Part shown: positions 44,822 through 53,805 of the stretch, piece by piece
Numbering within the stretch: position 1 is the first letter of the stretch
How the letters are laid out: every line of letters starts with the position of its first letter
Source: Candidatus Omnitrophota bacterium
Lineage (GTDB): Bacteria > Omnitrophota > Gorgyraeia > Zapsychrales > JANLHA01
Assembly (NCBI GenBank): GCA_029560465.1
Contig: JAKQKX010000092.1
Coordinates: 1,321-65,320 of the forward strand
Direction: 5' to 3'
DNA length: 64,000 bases
Program-made: the position numbers and the translations under genes
The notes under the pieces: model-generated
Seen by the model: only the letters and a program-made list of their open reading frames with translations
What the model was told of the DNA's origin: nothing
Database searches by the model: none

Positions 44822-47281
44822 TTAACAAAGGGCCTGTTTTATTTTTTTAAACGATATAATGGCCATCCAATAGACGCATAAAGCGAGCATGATAATAAAA
44901 TTGAAACCATAGAATTGCGCCAGGATAATGGATAAAATGGAGCCCAACACGCTAAACCCGCTGTTTAATCCCCACGCCCACGCAATAGACTCATTGTAGT
45001 CCTTCCCTACGAGAGCAAGCCCGGAAGGGAAGAAGCAGCCCAAGCAGACCCCGATAGGGAATAAGAACAGGGCGACAAACAATATCCGGTGGAAAAATGA
45101 TAAATTTATCAGGGCAGCCCCTACCCCCCCCTGCGTCCAATTTAAGGAAAGCAACAATCCGGAGAGGATTACTCCGTTAATAATCAGCAGGAGGCTGGTG
45201 TCGCGTATGAATTTTAGGAATGCCGGGACCAGAGAACTGCCGATGCCTGAAGACAGAAGCAGGATAGCTAGTGTCACGGAAATCGAATGGATGGGGCTTC
45301 CTAATAATAGAGTGAATTTTTGCATCAATGAAATCTCTATAAACATGAATCCAAGGCCAAGGCAGCTGAAATAAATAATGAAAGGGAGGATGGCCGGTGA
45401 AGGCAGGTTGGTGATTCCGGTCCTCTTTTGGACCAATAAAGGGAAGAAGATAAAGAGCACAATGAAAAGCAGGGCCTGAATCAATATCATGAATTGCGTC
45501 ATGAAAATAATAGTGCCGGTATGATGAACGGCTTGCACGAGGAACGGGTTGAAATCTTTTAGTTTGTAATATTTAAAAAAGAAAGGGTTGTTGTCTGTCA
45601 CCACGGAAATATCATAGGGGTAGTCCTTTATAAAATTTTTTTCTTCATGGCGGCTGAACGCATAGGCGTAATGGTCAAAGGAGTTGGCGGGTTGGTTTCG
45701 TGTAACCATCCTGTCAGAAGGGTAAATCAGGGTTGTGTCGTGTGTGCGGAAGTATTCTTCAACCGCGGCTCGCTGGGCAGGGGAAAAGGGGGTCTTTTTT
45801 ATCAAGATTAACGCCCAGCGTTCGTGTTCTCCGATGATGATGTGTTCCCAGGCTCTGTCCGCGCCCATGGCTCTTAAGGCGTCCATGCAAATTCCCATTA
45901 GCCTCAGGCTTTCCCTGGGCTTTTGGCGGAAAAGCCAACGGTTAAAATTTATGGTGCCCTGGTCATTGAGTATCCTGAGGTAATCCAGAACGGCGTCTTT
46001 AGTATATAGGTAGCTTTCGGCGTAGGCGTAGGCGCCGTTGGACAGGCCGGAAAAAGTATCGACCCCGTTTAAAATAACCAGGTCAAACCCGGCGGCGGGC
46101 AATGTTTTGACCAGGTGCCGTCCGTCGAGATTGAAGATGCGGGTATTCGTCCCTGAGTAGACCCCGCCGGAATAATGATGGAATTTGCCTCCCGGAGTGA
46201 GCATCTGATATATAGCGGGATTGATTTCAGCTCCGACGATTTCCTTCGCCTGGTGAGTTTGGGCCATGAAGATATCCCGTCCGCCCCCGGTGCCGATGAT
46301 GCAAACCGCTGGTTTTTTGTAAAGCAGGTACGGGACCTCGAAACCCTGGCTGAAAAGATTGACTTGAGAGTGGTGTTCGGCAAGCCCTTCCTGGTTCAGC
46401 TTGTAGATCGGCGCCCCGCCTAAATAGTTTGTCGATATATACGCGTATTCCGGCAGGGGAGCCACGTTGATTTCCAGGGGGCCTTTCCCCGATTCATAAA
46501 CTTTCAGCCGGGCCTTTTCGTCCAGGATGACGTGAACGTTTGTTTGCCCCAGAGGGTGCCAGACGGAATGGAGATATTGAATATCTTTTTCCTGGACAAA
46601 CGCCGGGCGGCCTTCTCCCATTTTGGACGGATCAATGGTATAGCGGATATCTTTCGGAACCGCGTTTAAAGTCAAGACCGAAAACAGGGCTCCGCAGAAC
46701 AGCACGAAAGTTTTTCTGCTGGGGAACAGAAGCGGTAAGGAAAGGCAGAATATGATCAGCGACAATAAAAGGATGGAACGGAAAACAGCCAATGTGTTGA
46801 TGAGCGGAAAAAACAAGTAAGCCCCGGTCGCCGCACCGATTAAATCGAAAAAATATAATTTGTAGCTACGCACTGGGGCAGAGGAGAAGAGGAAAACGAC
46901 GATGAACCCGATAACAACAAACGGGATTAAAACGACACAGTACGAAAGAAGAAGCATAAAAAGCGCGTTAAATTGGCTCATGACAAAAATGATGTATTCC
47001 ACCTGGATCGGGAAATAAGAGAGAGCCAAGGTCGATGCGATGCTGAAGCCGGATAAGGCCAGCAGGCAAACCCCCAGGAACCGGTTTTTGTCGAATTGAG
47101 CCACCTTTTCTTTTTGCAGTAAATAGGTGTTGGCTCCGATCCCGTAGCCGAGCAGAGAGAAGGATATGATGATGTAGACCACGTGATTCCATGTCTTTAA
47201 GTTGAGGACTTGAGTTAAAAACAATTCCAGGCCGATAGTAAATAGAGAAATAAAGAAAATGAGGGTGTAGTTTAATAACAT
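44822..47281 (-). CDS. Large polytopic membrane protein with embedded spermidine-synthase-like domain (third paralog)
   Basis: N- and C-terminal multi-TM regions flank a Rossmann block (CIIGTGGGRDIFMAQTHQAKEIVGAEINPAIYQ). 819 aa. Confidence 0.75.
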   Translation of the reverse strand: MLLNYTLIFFISLFTIGLELFLTQVLNLKTWNHVVYIIISFSLLGYGIGANTYLLQKEKVAQFDKNRFLGVCLLALSGFSIASTLALSYFPIQVEYIIFVMSQFNALFMLLLSYCVVLIPFVVIGFIVVFLFSSAPVRSYKLYFFDLIGAATGAYLFFPLINTLAVFRSILLLSLIIFCLSLPLLFPSRKTFVLFCGALFSVLTLNAVPKDIRYTIDPSKMGEGRPAFVQEKDIQYLHSVWHPLGQTNVHVILDEKARLKVYESGKGPLEINVAPLPEYAYISTNYLGGAPIYKLNQEGLAEHHSQVNLFSQGFEVPYLLYKKPAVCIIGTGGGRDIFMAQTHQAKEIVGAEINPAIYQMLTPGGKFHHYSGGVYSGTNTRIFNLDGRHLVKTLPAAGFDLVILNGVDTFSGLSNGAYAYAESYLYTKDAVLDYLRILNDQGTINFNRWLFRQKPRESLRLMGICMDALRAMGADRAWEHIIIGEHERWALILIKKTPFSPAQRAAVEEYFRTHDTTLIYPSDRMVTRNQPANSFDHYAYAFSRHEEKNFIKDYPYDISVVTDNNPFFFKYYKLKDFNPFLVQAVHHTGTIIFMTQFMILIQALLFIVLFIFFPLLVQKRTGITNLPSPAILPFIIYFSCLGLGFMFIEISLMQKFTLLLGSPIHSISVTLAILLLSSGIGSSLVPAFLKFIRDTSLLLIINGVILSGLLLSLNWTQGGVGAALINLSFFHRILFVALFLFPIGVCLGCFFPSGLALVGKDYNESIAWAWGLNSGFSVLGSILSIILAQFYGFNFIIMLALCVYWMAIISFKKIKQALC

Positions 47282-47538
47282 GAGTAGAAAAAGTATTTTT
47301 GGGCGTTCCGTTGACTAGAACTGTTGGGAGTTATTTTAGAATCGTCAACAGGTTCAGTCAACCGGTATTTTAAAGAGGCGCTTTTGCTCAGGTCTCTCGG
47401 GATAGCTTATCCTGAGCGCGATGAAGAAAACAGCATGGGCGCGGCCCGGCCCCCGGCCTAAAGGGCCCCTTCAACTTAATAATTGACAACAGGATGTAAA
47501 TATGCTGAAATTTTATCCAACCCTAAATTGGAACGGAT

Positions 47539-48246
47539 ATGTACCGCCACTTGGATTCTGAAAAGATCGTTGCCGCTTTAGACCTCCTCTCCCGAAGAGT
47601 CCGGGAAAGATTCCCCCAGGCAGGACTCACAAAAGTCGTCGAAGAATTGTATAAGACAGGACAGGAAGCCCAGGAGCGGAGTCTTTGGGTGGCCAGGCCC
47701 TTGTGGCATTTCCGCATCCTGATCGGCGCGTTGCTGGTGCTGATCATGGCGAGTTTTGTGCCGGTCGTCGGGACGCTGAAACTGATCAACCATCCCTTAA
47801 CGTTGGGGGAATTTATCCAGGTTCTGGAGTCGGGTATTAACGATGTTGTTTTCTTTGGGATCGGCATTTTTTTCCTGGCGACGCTCGAAACGCGAATGAA
47901 AAGAAAAAGAGTCCTGTCCCTCCTTCATGAATTGCGGGCCCTGGCGCACGTGATCGACATGCATCAGCTGACCAAAGATCCCGAGTCTCTTCTCCGGACC
48001 CATCAAAAAACGAAATCATCGCCTCAGCGGACGATGACGGAGTTCGCGTTACAGCGTTATCTTAATTATTGCAGCGAGATGCTGGCCATGATCAGTAAAA
48101 TCGCCTCGGTATATGTTCAGCATTTCCCTGACACGGAAGTCGTCGATGTCGTGAATGACATCGAGTCCCTGACGCATGGGCTGTCGCGGAATATATGGCA
48201 GAAGATCATGCTTTTGCAATCGCTTTCAAAGGATTCGTCCGGTTAA
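47539..48246 (+). CDS. Hypothetical protein with central TM helices
   Basis: 235-aa ORF divergent from the gene at 44822. Two hydrophobic helices. An alternative minus-strand ORF (47523..47867) overlaps it. The plus strand is preferred on length and context. Confidence 0.45.
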   Translation: MYRHLDSEKIVAALDLLSRRVRERFPQAGLTKVVEELYKTGQEAQERSLWVARPLWHFRILIGALLVLIMASFVPVVGTLKLINHPLTLGEFIQVLESGINDVVFFGIGIFFLATLETRMKRKRVLSLLHELRALAHVIDMHQLTKDPESLLRTHQKTKSSPQRTMTEFALQRYLNYCSEMLAMISKIASVYVQHFPDTEVVDVVNDIESLTHGLSRNIWQKIMLLQSLSKDSSG

Positions 48247-48319
48247 GGTCCGCGGATATTTTAAAATCAATAGCAACGGGATTTTGAGGGAAAAATTTAT
48301 CCATAAGAAAGGGGAGGAG

Positions 48320-48889
48320 ATGGGTCCAGGAATTGTGATTTTAGGTGTTGTGCTGGCTCTGGCATTGTGGGCTGTCAGCGTTTATAACGGATTGGTTAAA
48401 CTTAAAATCAGGGGCGACAACGCCTGGTCAGACATCGACGTCCAGCTGAAACGCCGGTATGATGTGATCCCGAATATCGTCGCGACCGTCGAAGGATACG
48501 CTCAACACGAAAAAACGACGCTTCAGTCTGTCGTTGAGGCGCGGGCGAGAGCAATGAGCGCGGCTGGTGTCGCGGAGAAAGGCCAGGAGGAAAATTCTTT
48601 GACGGACAGCTTGATATCCCTGTTTGCCGTTGTCGAGAAATACCCTGATTTGAAGGCGAACGACGGTTTTTTGAAACTGCACACGACCCTGATCGAGGTC
48701 GAGGAGACCATCCAGGCTGCCCGGCGTTATTATAACGCCGTTGTCCGGGACTTCAACACGATGATCCAGATGTTCCCCGCCTCCATTATCGCCGGCGCGT
48801 TTCATTTTAAACTCAGGGAGTTTTTTCAGTTGAACGTGCCGGACGTAGAGCGCGAGGCGCCGCAAGTGAAACTCGACCTGCAAAATTGA
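48320..48889 (+). CDS. lemA: LemA family protein
   Basis: RBS GGGGAGGAG upstream of the ATG at 48320. N-terminal TM then YNGLVKLKIRGDNAWSDIDVQLKRRYDVIPNIVATVEGYAQHEKTTL..., canonical LemA. The ORF-track start at 48176 is an over-extension. Confidence 0.85.
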   Translation: MGPGIVILGVVLALALWAVSVYNGLVKLKIRGDNAWSDIDVQLKRRYDVIPNIVATVEGYAQHEKTTLQSVVEARARAMSAAGVAEKGQEENSLTDSLISLFAVVEKYPDLKANDGFLKLHTTLIEVEETIQAARRYYNAVVRDFNTMIQMFPASIIAGAFHFKLREFFQLNVPDVEREAPQVKLDLQN

Positions 48890-48902
48890 TGAGGGTTCGT
48901 TC

Positions 48903-50624
48903 ATGTTGAAACGAGGGTGGATTCTGGCGGTTTTTTTTCTCTGCGCGGCGTGCGGGTTTGCTCACGCCTGGGGCATTGAAGACTATAACATCGCAATAAA
49001 ATTACAAAAAGACAGCAGTCTTGTCGTGACCGAGAAAATCAGCGCCGATTTCGGTCCCGAGTCTAAACACGGCATTTACCGGGATATCCCGACGGGTTAC
49101 AATGACGAGAACGGGCGCCCGTATGACATACAATTTGAGGTTTTGAGCGTTGAGGATGAAAACCAAGCCCGGCGGGAATATGTTGAAGAAAATGACGCGA
49201 ACTTCAAGCGGATCAGGATCGGGAGCCCTTACCGGACAGTTTCCGGGAGGCAAGTTTACGTCATCACATATCGGGTGAACGGGGCGATCCTGTTCCTTGA
49301 AGACCATGACGAACTGTACTGGAACGCCGTCGGTTCGCAGTGGGACGTCCTTATCCGGCACGTATTTGTTTCCGTGTCTTTACCGGAAGCTGTTTCTAAA
49401 GAATCAATCAAGCTCGCCACGTATACCGGGGTCCGGGGGACCCGGGCCAGCAACGCCAGGAGTTGGATCGCCGGGGAGGATGCGATCGCATTTGAAAGCG
49501 AAGATTACGCCCCCTATGAGGGCTTTACCATCGTCGTCGGGTTGCCGAAAGGGATCCTCACGCCTTCGCCGTCCCGGCCGCCGGTGACTTATCCAACGGC
49601 CCCGTATCAAGCGTATCAGGATCCGGTGAGCCCCTGGCCGATCGTGATCCCGGTCTTCGTTTTTTTTGCCATGTTGAACCTTTGGTGGCGTTTCGGCAAA
49701 GACCCCCAACTGAACAAAAGCATCGTTGTCGAATATAAAGCGCCGGAGGGCCTTTCGCCCGCGGAAATGGGTGCTGTTATCGATTCCAGAGTTGACCCCA
49801 GGGATATCACATCGACGATCATTGACCTGGCGATCCGGGGGTATATCAAAATCGTCCAACGCCAGGAATCTTTGAGGCGGAAAGATTACAACCTGATCAT
49901 GCTTAAGACGTTCGAGGACGATGCCACCCTCAAGTCTTATGAAAAGAAAATTTTAAAGAGCGTCTTCGGCAGCGGATTAAGGATGTCTGCGGTAAAATTA
50001 TCCGACCTGGAATACAGGTTTTACAGAAGTTTGCCGGGCATCGAAGCGGGGATTAAAGAGAAACTCAAAGCCAAAAGATATCTGGCGGAAAATTTCCAGG
50101 GTGTTGTGGTGCTGTATTCCCTCCTGGGAGTCGCCCTGTTCTTCGCGGGGATCATGACCGGCTCGGATCATTTCTGGATCATGACCGCGCTTATGTTGTC
50201 GGGTCTGATTGTTTTCCTCTTCGGGCTCGTCATGCCCAAACAGTCTCTGGGCCGGGTGGAAATCATGTCGAAAATATTAGGGTTTAAGGAATTCTTGCAG
50301 CGGACGGAAAAAGACCAGATCGAAAGGGCCGGGCAGCAGGATATCTTCGAACGGATGTTGCCTTACGCGATTTGTTTAGGGATCAGCACCAAATGGGCGA
50401 AAAAATTCGAAGGGTTATTCACGGAGCCCCCGCAGTGGTTCACAGGGGATTACGGCAGGGGGTTTGTTTATGACCATTTTATTCACGACCTCAACAGCTC
50501 TTTGAACAGTATGGGCGCCAGCTTTTATTCGTCCCCGCAGGTCGTTTCTTCGGGGGGAGGGTTTTCCTCCGGGGGAGGTTTCGGGGGAGGCGGTTTCGGC
50601 GGGGGAGGCGGGGGGTCTTGGTAA
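48903..50624 (+). CDS. DUF2207-family membrane protein (LemA partner) with Gly-rich C-terminal tail
   Basis: Signal peptide, a large extracytoplasmic domain, 2-3 TM helices, and a terminal GGGFSSGGGFGGGGFGGGGGGSW tail. LemA-DUF2207 adjacency is common. Confidence 0.8.
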   Translation: MLKRGWILAVFFLCAACGFAHAWGIEDYNIAIKLQKDSSLVVTEKISADFGPESKHGIYRDIPTGYNDENGRPYDIQFEVLSVEDENQARREYVEENDANFKRIRIGSPYRTVSGRQVYVITYRVNGAILFLEDHDELYWNAVGSQWDVLIRHVFVSVSLPEAVSKESIKLATYTGVRGTRASNARSWIAGEDAIAFESEDYAPYEGFTIVVGLPKGILTPSPSRPPVTYPTAPYQAYQDPVSPWPIVIPVFVFFAMLNLWWRFGKDPQLNKSIVVEYKAPEGLSPAEMGAVIDSRVDPRDITSTIIDLAIRGYIKIVQRQESLRRKDYNLIMLKTFEDDATLKSYEKKILKSVFGSGLRMSAVKLSDLEYRFYRSLPGIEAGIKEKLKAKRYLAENFQGVVVLYSLLGVALFFAGIMTGSDHFWIMTALMLSGLIVFLFGLVMPKQSLGRVEIMSKILGFKEFLQRTEKDQIERAGQQDIFERMLPYAICLGISTKWAKKFEGLFTEPPQWFTGDYGRGFVYDHFIHDLNSSLNSMGASFYSSPQVVSSGGGFSSGGGFGGGGFGGGGGGSW

Positions 50625-50658
50625 ATATATTCCAACATAATAGACATGAGGAGCGCGT

Positions 50659-50883
50659 ATGGGCATGACGATTCCGATGATCATGACTTTGGTGATCAAT
50701 TTAATTTACACCGTCTTGGCGATCGGGCTGGCTGTTTTTGCCGTCCGGCTGATTGATGAAAAAGTGTTTACGAAAATTGATTTCCAGGAAGAAATTAAAA
50801 AAGGCAACCTCGCAGCCGCTGTCTTGATCGCGGCGCTGTTGATTTTTATAGCCATAGTTGTTTCCGCGGGGCTAAAAGGATAA
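50659..50883 (+). CDS. DUF350-like small membrane protein
   Basis: 74 aa with two hydrophobic helices and a conserved-looking central FTKIDFQEEIKKGNLAAAV. Confidence 0.55.
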   Translation: MGMTIPMIMTLVINLIYTVLAIGLAVFAVRLIDEKVFTKIDFQEEIKKGNLAAAVLIAALLIFIAIVVSAGLKG

Positions 50884-50892
50884 TTCCTGGGA

Positions 50893-51699
50893 ATGAACAA
50901 TTCTTTGGCCTCGTTTGAAAAGTCAATCGCCGGTATTTTAATAGGGCTGGTGGGGCTCTACTGGGCGTTGGATAATTATCTCCCCGCCGTGTTTTATCCC
51001 GAGTTGAATAACGTCCGAGGAGCCCTGACAGCGCCGGTTGATCCCTCTCCCCGCAAAGGGCGGGTTATCCCTGCGGGGGTGGGTGGCGCGTATTTGGCGG
51101 ACCCCGGGGCGTTTTTAAGCCGGGATGGATTCTCGGGGGAGCTGCCCGTGTCTTCTTCTGATGCGACCAAAATTAATTGGTTCGCGAAAAGCACGGATGG
51201 GCAGGTGTACCCCTCTAATGCCTATCTCGTCGGGTTTATCCCGTTTCGTACACGTCAATATTGGCTGCCATTGCTGGCGGTGAGTTTGAGGGTCCGGTAT
51301 ACGCGTGACGATGAAATAACGGTAAATGAAGATATTTGGCAGACAGGCCCCGAGACTTACCTTAGAATGGCGGGGGATTGTGAGGATCATGCCATCCTTT
51401 TGGCGGATTGGATGACCAGTCTTGGTTATGACACTCGCGTTGTTGTGGGCCTGTTTCAGGGAGAACTGCACGCGTGGGTAGAGCTTTTTAAAGATGGGAA
51501 AGAGTATCTTTTGGAAGCGACCGACAAGTCCTCCCGCCGTAGGTATCCGCTGGTGGCCTTTCACCCAGAATATGTGCCGATATTCATGTTTGACCGGGAG
51601 CATTTCTGGGGCGCGGTAACGGAAAAAAAGGGCTGGCGGAACAGAAGCTCAACGCAGGGCTGGATTAAGCTTTCTGATTTTGAAGAGAGGCTTTTTTAA
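50893..51699 (+). CDS. Transglutaminase-like (Cys-His-Asp) superfamily protein, membrane-anchored
   Basis: N-terminal TM helix. GDCEDHAILLADWM (catalytic Cys context) with downstream HAWVEL (His). Confidence 0.7.
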   Translation: MNNSLASFEKSIAGILIGLVGLYWALDNYLPAVFYPELNNVRGALTAPVDPSPRKGRVIPAGVGGAYLADPGAFLSRDGFSGELPVSSSDATKINWFAKSTDGQVYPSNAYLVGFIPFRTRQYWLPLLAVSLRVRYTRDDEITVNEDIWQTGPETYLRMAGDCEDHAILLADWMTSLGYDTRVVVGLFQGELHAWVELFKDGKEYLLEATDKSSRRRYPLVAFHPEYVPIFMFDREHFWGAVTEKKGWRNRSSTQGWIKLSDFEERLF

Positions 51700-52007
51700 A
51701 CTGGCAAGTAAATCCCGTAGCGTGTTTGCGCGTTTAAAAAAATAAACATATGTCATATTTTTCATCATTAAATAGAAAAGAAAGGTATAGAAATTAGAGA
51801 AACATCATTTTTTTATGATGATTTTGGGATTTTTAATTAAGATTATGTGATAATTTGTTAAAGAACGAATAATTTCATAATTCGGCACATTAATTGCTAT
51901 ATTTAAAAAATATAAACAATTTGGATTTATGAAGTAGCGTGAAGTATGAAAAGTTTAAAAAGATTAAGGAATTCCAGTTTAAAAACATCAAAAAGGAGAA
52001 GAGAGTT

Positions 52008-52871
52008 ATGAAACGCGGATTAGGAATTTTGGGTGGGTTACTTGCGGTGGCCTTGATGGTTTCCCCGGCCATGGCCCTCACCGTAAACGTTACCAATGAC
52101 GGGAACGCCCTTGCCCAGGAAATTTTGGGTTCCGGGATCACGATCAGTAACGTTGTTTATGCCGGGGCCAGCGTGGCTTCGGGAACTTTTACCGGAGGCG
52201 TCGGTTCTGGAATAGGGATGGAAGCTGGTATTATTTTAACCAGCGGGGACGCTTCTTACGCGCCCGGGCCTAATAGTCAAGATGCTGTCACTGGGACCAA
52301 CTATTTGTCTGGCGACAGCGATTTAGACAGCCTTATTCCGGGATACAGCACGTATGACGCGACGGTTTTGGAATTTGATTTTGAATCTGCCGGAGGCGAC
52401 CTGTTCTTTAATTACGTTTTTGCTTCTGATGAATATAATGAATATACTAATAGCAGTTATAATGACGTGTTTGGTTTTTTTGTGGATGGGGTTAATATCG
52501 CCTTGATCCCGGGAACCAGCACTCCTGTTTCCATTAATAATGTGAACGGCGGGAACCCTTACGGGAGCAACTCTTCGTATCCTGAATACTATAATAATAA
52601 TGATTTAAATGACGGCGGCGCTTATTATGATTTGGAATACGACGGGTTTACCGATATTTTCATGGCGCAGGTGCTTGGCCTTTCCGCGGGAACGCATCAT
52701 ATTAAGTTGGCTATTGCCGATGCAGGGGATATGCAACTTGATTCCGCAGTTTTTATCCAGGCCGGGTCCTTTTCAGATGAGCCGACCAATCCTTCTATTC
52801 CGGAACCGTCCACAGTGCTTTTATTCAGCGCTGGGATAGTGGGAGCTTTTTTCAGAAGGAAGAATTCATAA
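52008..52871 (+). CDS. Secreted PEP-CTERM protein
   Basis: RBS AAAAGGAG upstream of the ATG at 52008. Signal peptide MKRGLGILGGLLAVALMVSPAMA. C-terminal IPEPSTVLLFSAGIVGAFFRRKNS (PEP motif, TM helix and basic tail). The ORF-track start at 51939 is an over-extension. Confidence 0.75.
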   Translation: MKRGLGILGGLLAVALMVSPAMALTVNVTNDGNALAQEILGSGITISNVVYAGASVASGTFTGGVGSGIGMEAGIILTSGDASYAPGPNSQDAVTGTNYLSGDSDLDSLIPGYSTYDATVLEFDFESAGGDLFFNYVFASDEYNEYTNSSYNDVFGFFVDGVNIALIPGTSTPVSINNVNGGNPYGSNSSYPEYYNNNDLNDGGAYYDLEYDGFTDIFMAQVLGLSAGTHHIKLAIADAGDMQLDSAVFIQAGSFSDEPTNPSIPEPSTVLLFSAGIVGAFFRRKNS

Positions 52872-52898
52872 TTATATAATTTTTCAGGTTTTTAAAAA

Positions 52899-52930
52899 GG
52901 CAACTCATGCTTACGAGTTGCCTTTTTTTT
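52899..52930 (+). terminator. Rho-independent terminator after the PEP-CTERM gene
   Basis: GGCAACTC-ATGCTTAC-GAGTTGCC perfect 8-bp stem followed by TTTTTTTT. Confidence 0.7.
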
Positions 52931-53084
52931 GGGGAGTGGCTCCTTGTTTGACAAATCTTTTTTAAATATGGATAATAAGGTTTTTCCTGTTTATAATACA
53001 CTTCTAATGAAATCTGTCCTGTGCGCTTTTATCGCAGGAGGGGCTTTGGCAACAGCCTTCTCTTTAATATGAAGGAGATGGTCC

Positions 53085-53663
53085 GTGAATCCGTTCCGGA
53101 AAGGCACAAGATTTTCGGTTAAACTGCTTCTTATCGCGGGTATCCTGCTCATCCCGCTTTTTCTCACCGTTCTGATTTGCCGTCCGATCATCACCCGATA
53201 TCTGTCCCGGTCCGTCGTCGTTCAGTATCGTCTTCCGGAAGCCTTCAGTAAATCGGATTTGGAGCAGATCGTGTGGCATATGGGGCGGGAGCCCGAATAT
53301 GCGTTTTATTTTAGGGCGCTATCAGCGGAGGATTTGAAAAATTTTATTGATGATGTCTACCTTCTTTTGGACGCCCACCGGGGGAGGGAGGCTTATCTGA
53401 AACTCCTCCGGGAGACGCAGTCTTCGGTTGAGGATATGGCGGTCTTGATCAACACCATTTCTTTGCCAGACGACATGAACGCGGAATCCCATCCGGACAT
53501 TGTTGTCATTTTCTGGAAGTTTTTCTTGAAAGAATTTCAGACCACGGTGGCCGGCCTTTGTTATAAAGCGACGTATGACCAAGATTTTCGTCTGGAATGG
53601 AGCCCCGAGGCCCGCTCTGCCGCGCGAAAACTGAAAGATGTTTTTTCATCCTTAGAGCGATAA
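53085..53663 (+). CDS. Hypothetical protein with N-terminal TM anchor
   Basis: 192-aa ORF with one N-terminal hydrophobic helix. Confidence 0.45.
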   Translation: MNPFRKGTRFSVKLLLIAGILLIPLFLTVLICRPIITRYLSRSVVVQYRLPEAFSKSDLEQIVWHMGREPEYAFYFRALSAEDLKNFIDDVYLLLDAHRGREAYLKLLRETQSSVEDMAVLINTISLPDDMNAESHPDIVVIFWKFFLKEFQTTVAGLCYKATYDQDFRLEWSPEARSAARKLKDVFSSLER

Positions 53664-53805
53664 CACGCCCCTGTTTTTTATTGTGACAGAGGGAGTCTTC
53701 CTTTTTAAAAAAATCACCAATATTATCGAAAATTCCGCGTTTATATGATATCTTTATCTATTAGAGTAGGTTTTTAAGATTAAAAAAGCACCCAGAGGGG
53801 GAAAG

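Noticed and set aside
47523-47867. 114-aa minus-strand ORF versus the overlapping plus-strand 235-aa ORF
   Set aside because: The plus-strand ORF is longer, has predicted TM helices and fits the divergent-promoter layout. The choice is not fully resolved from sequence alone.
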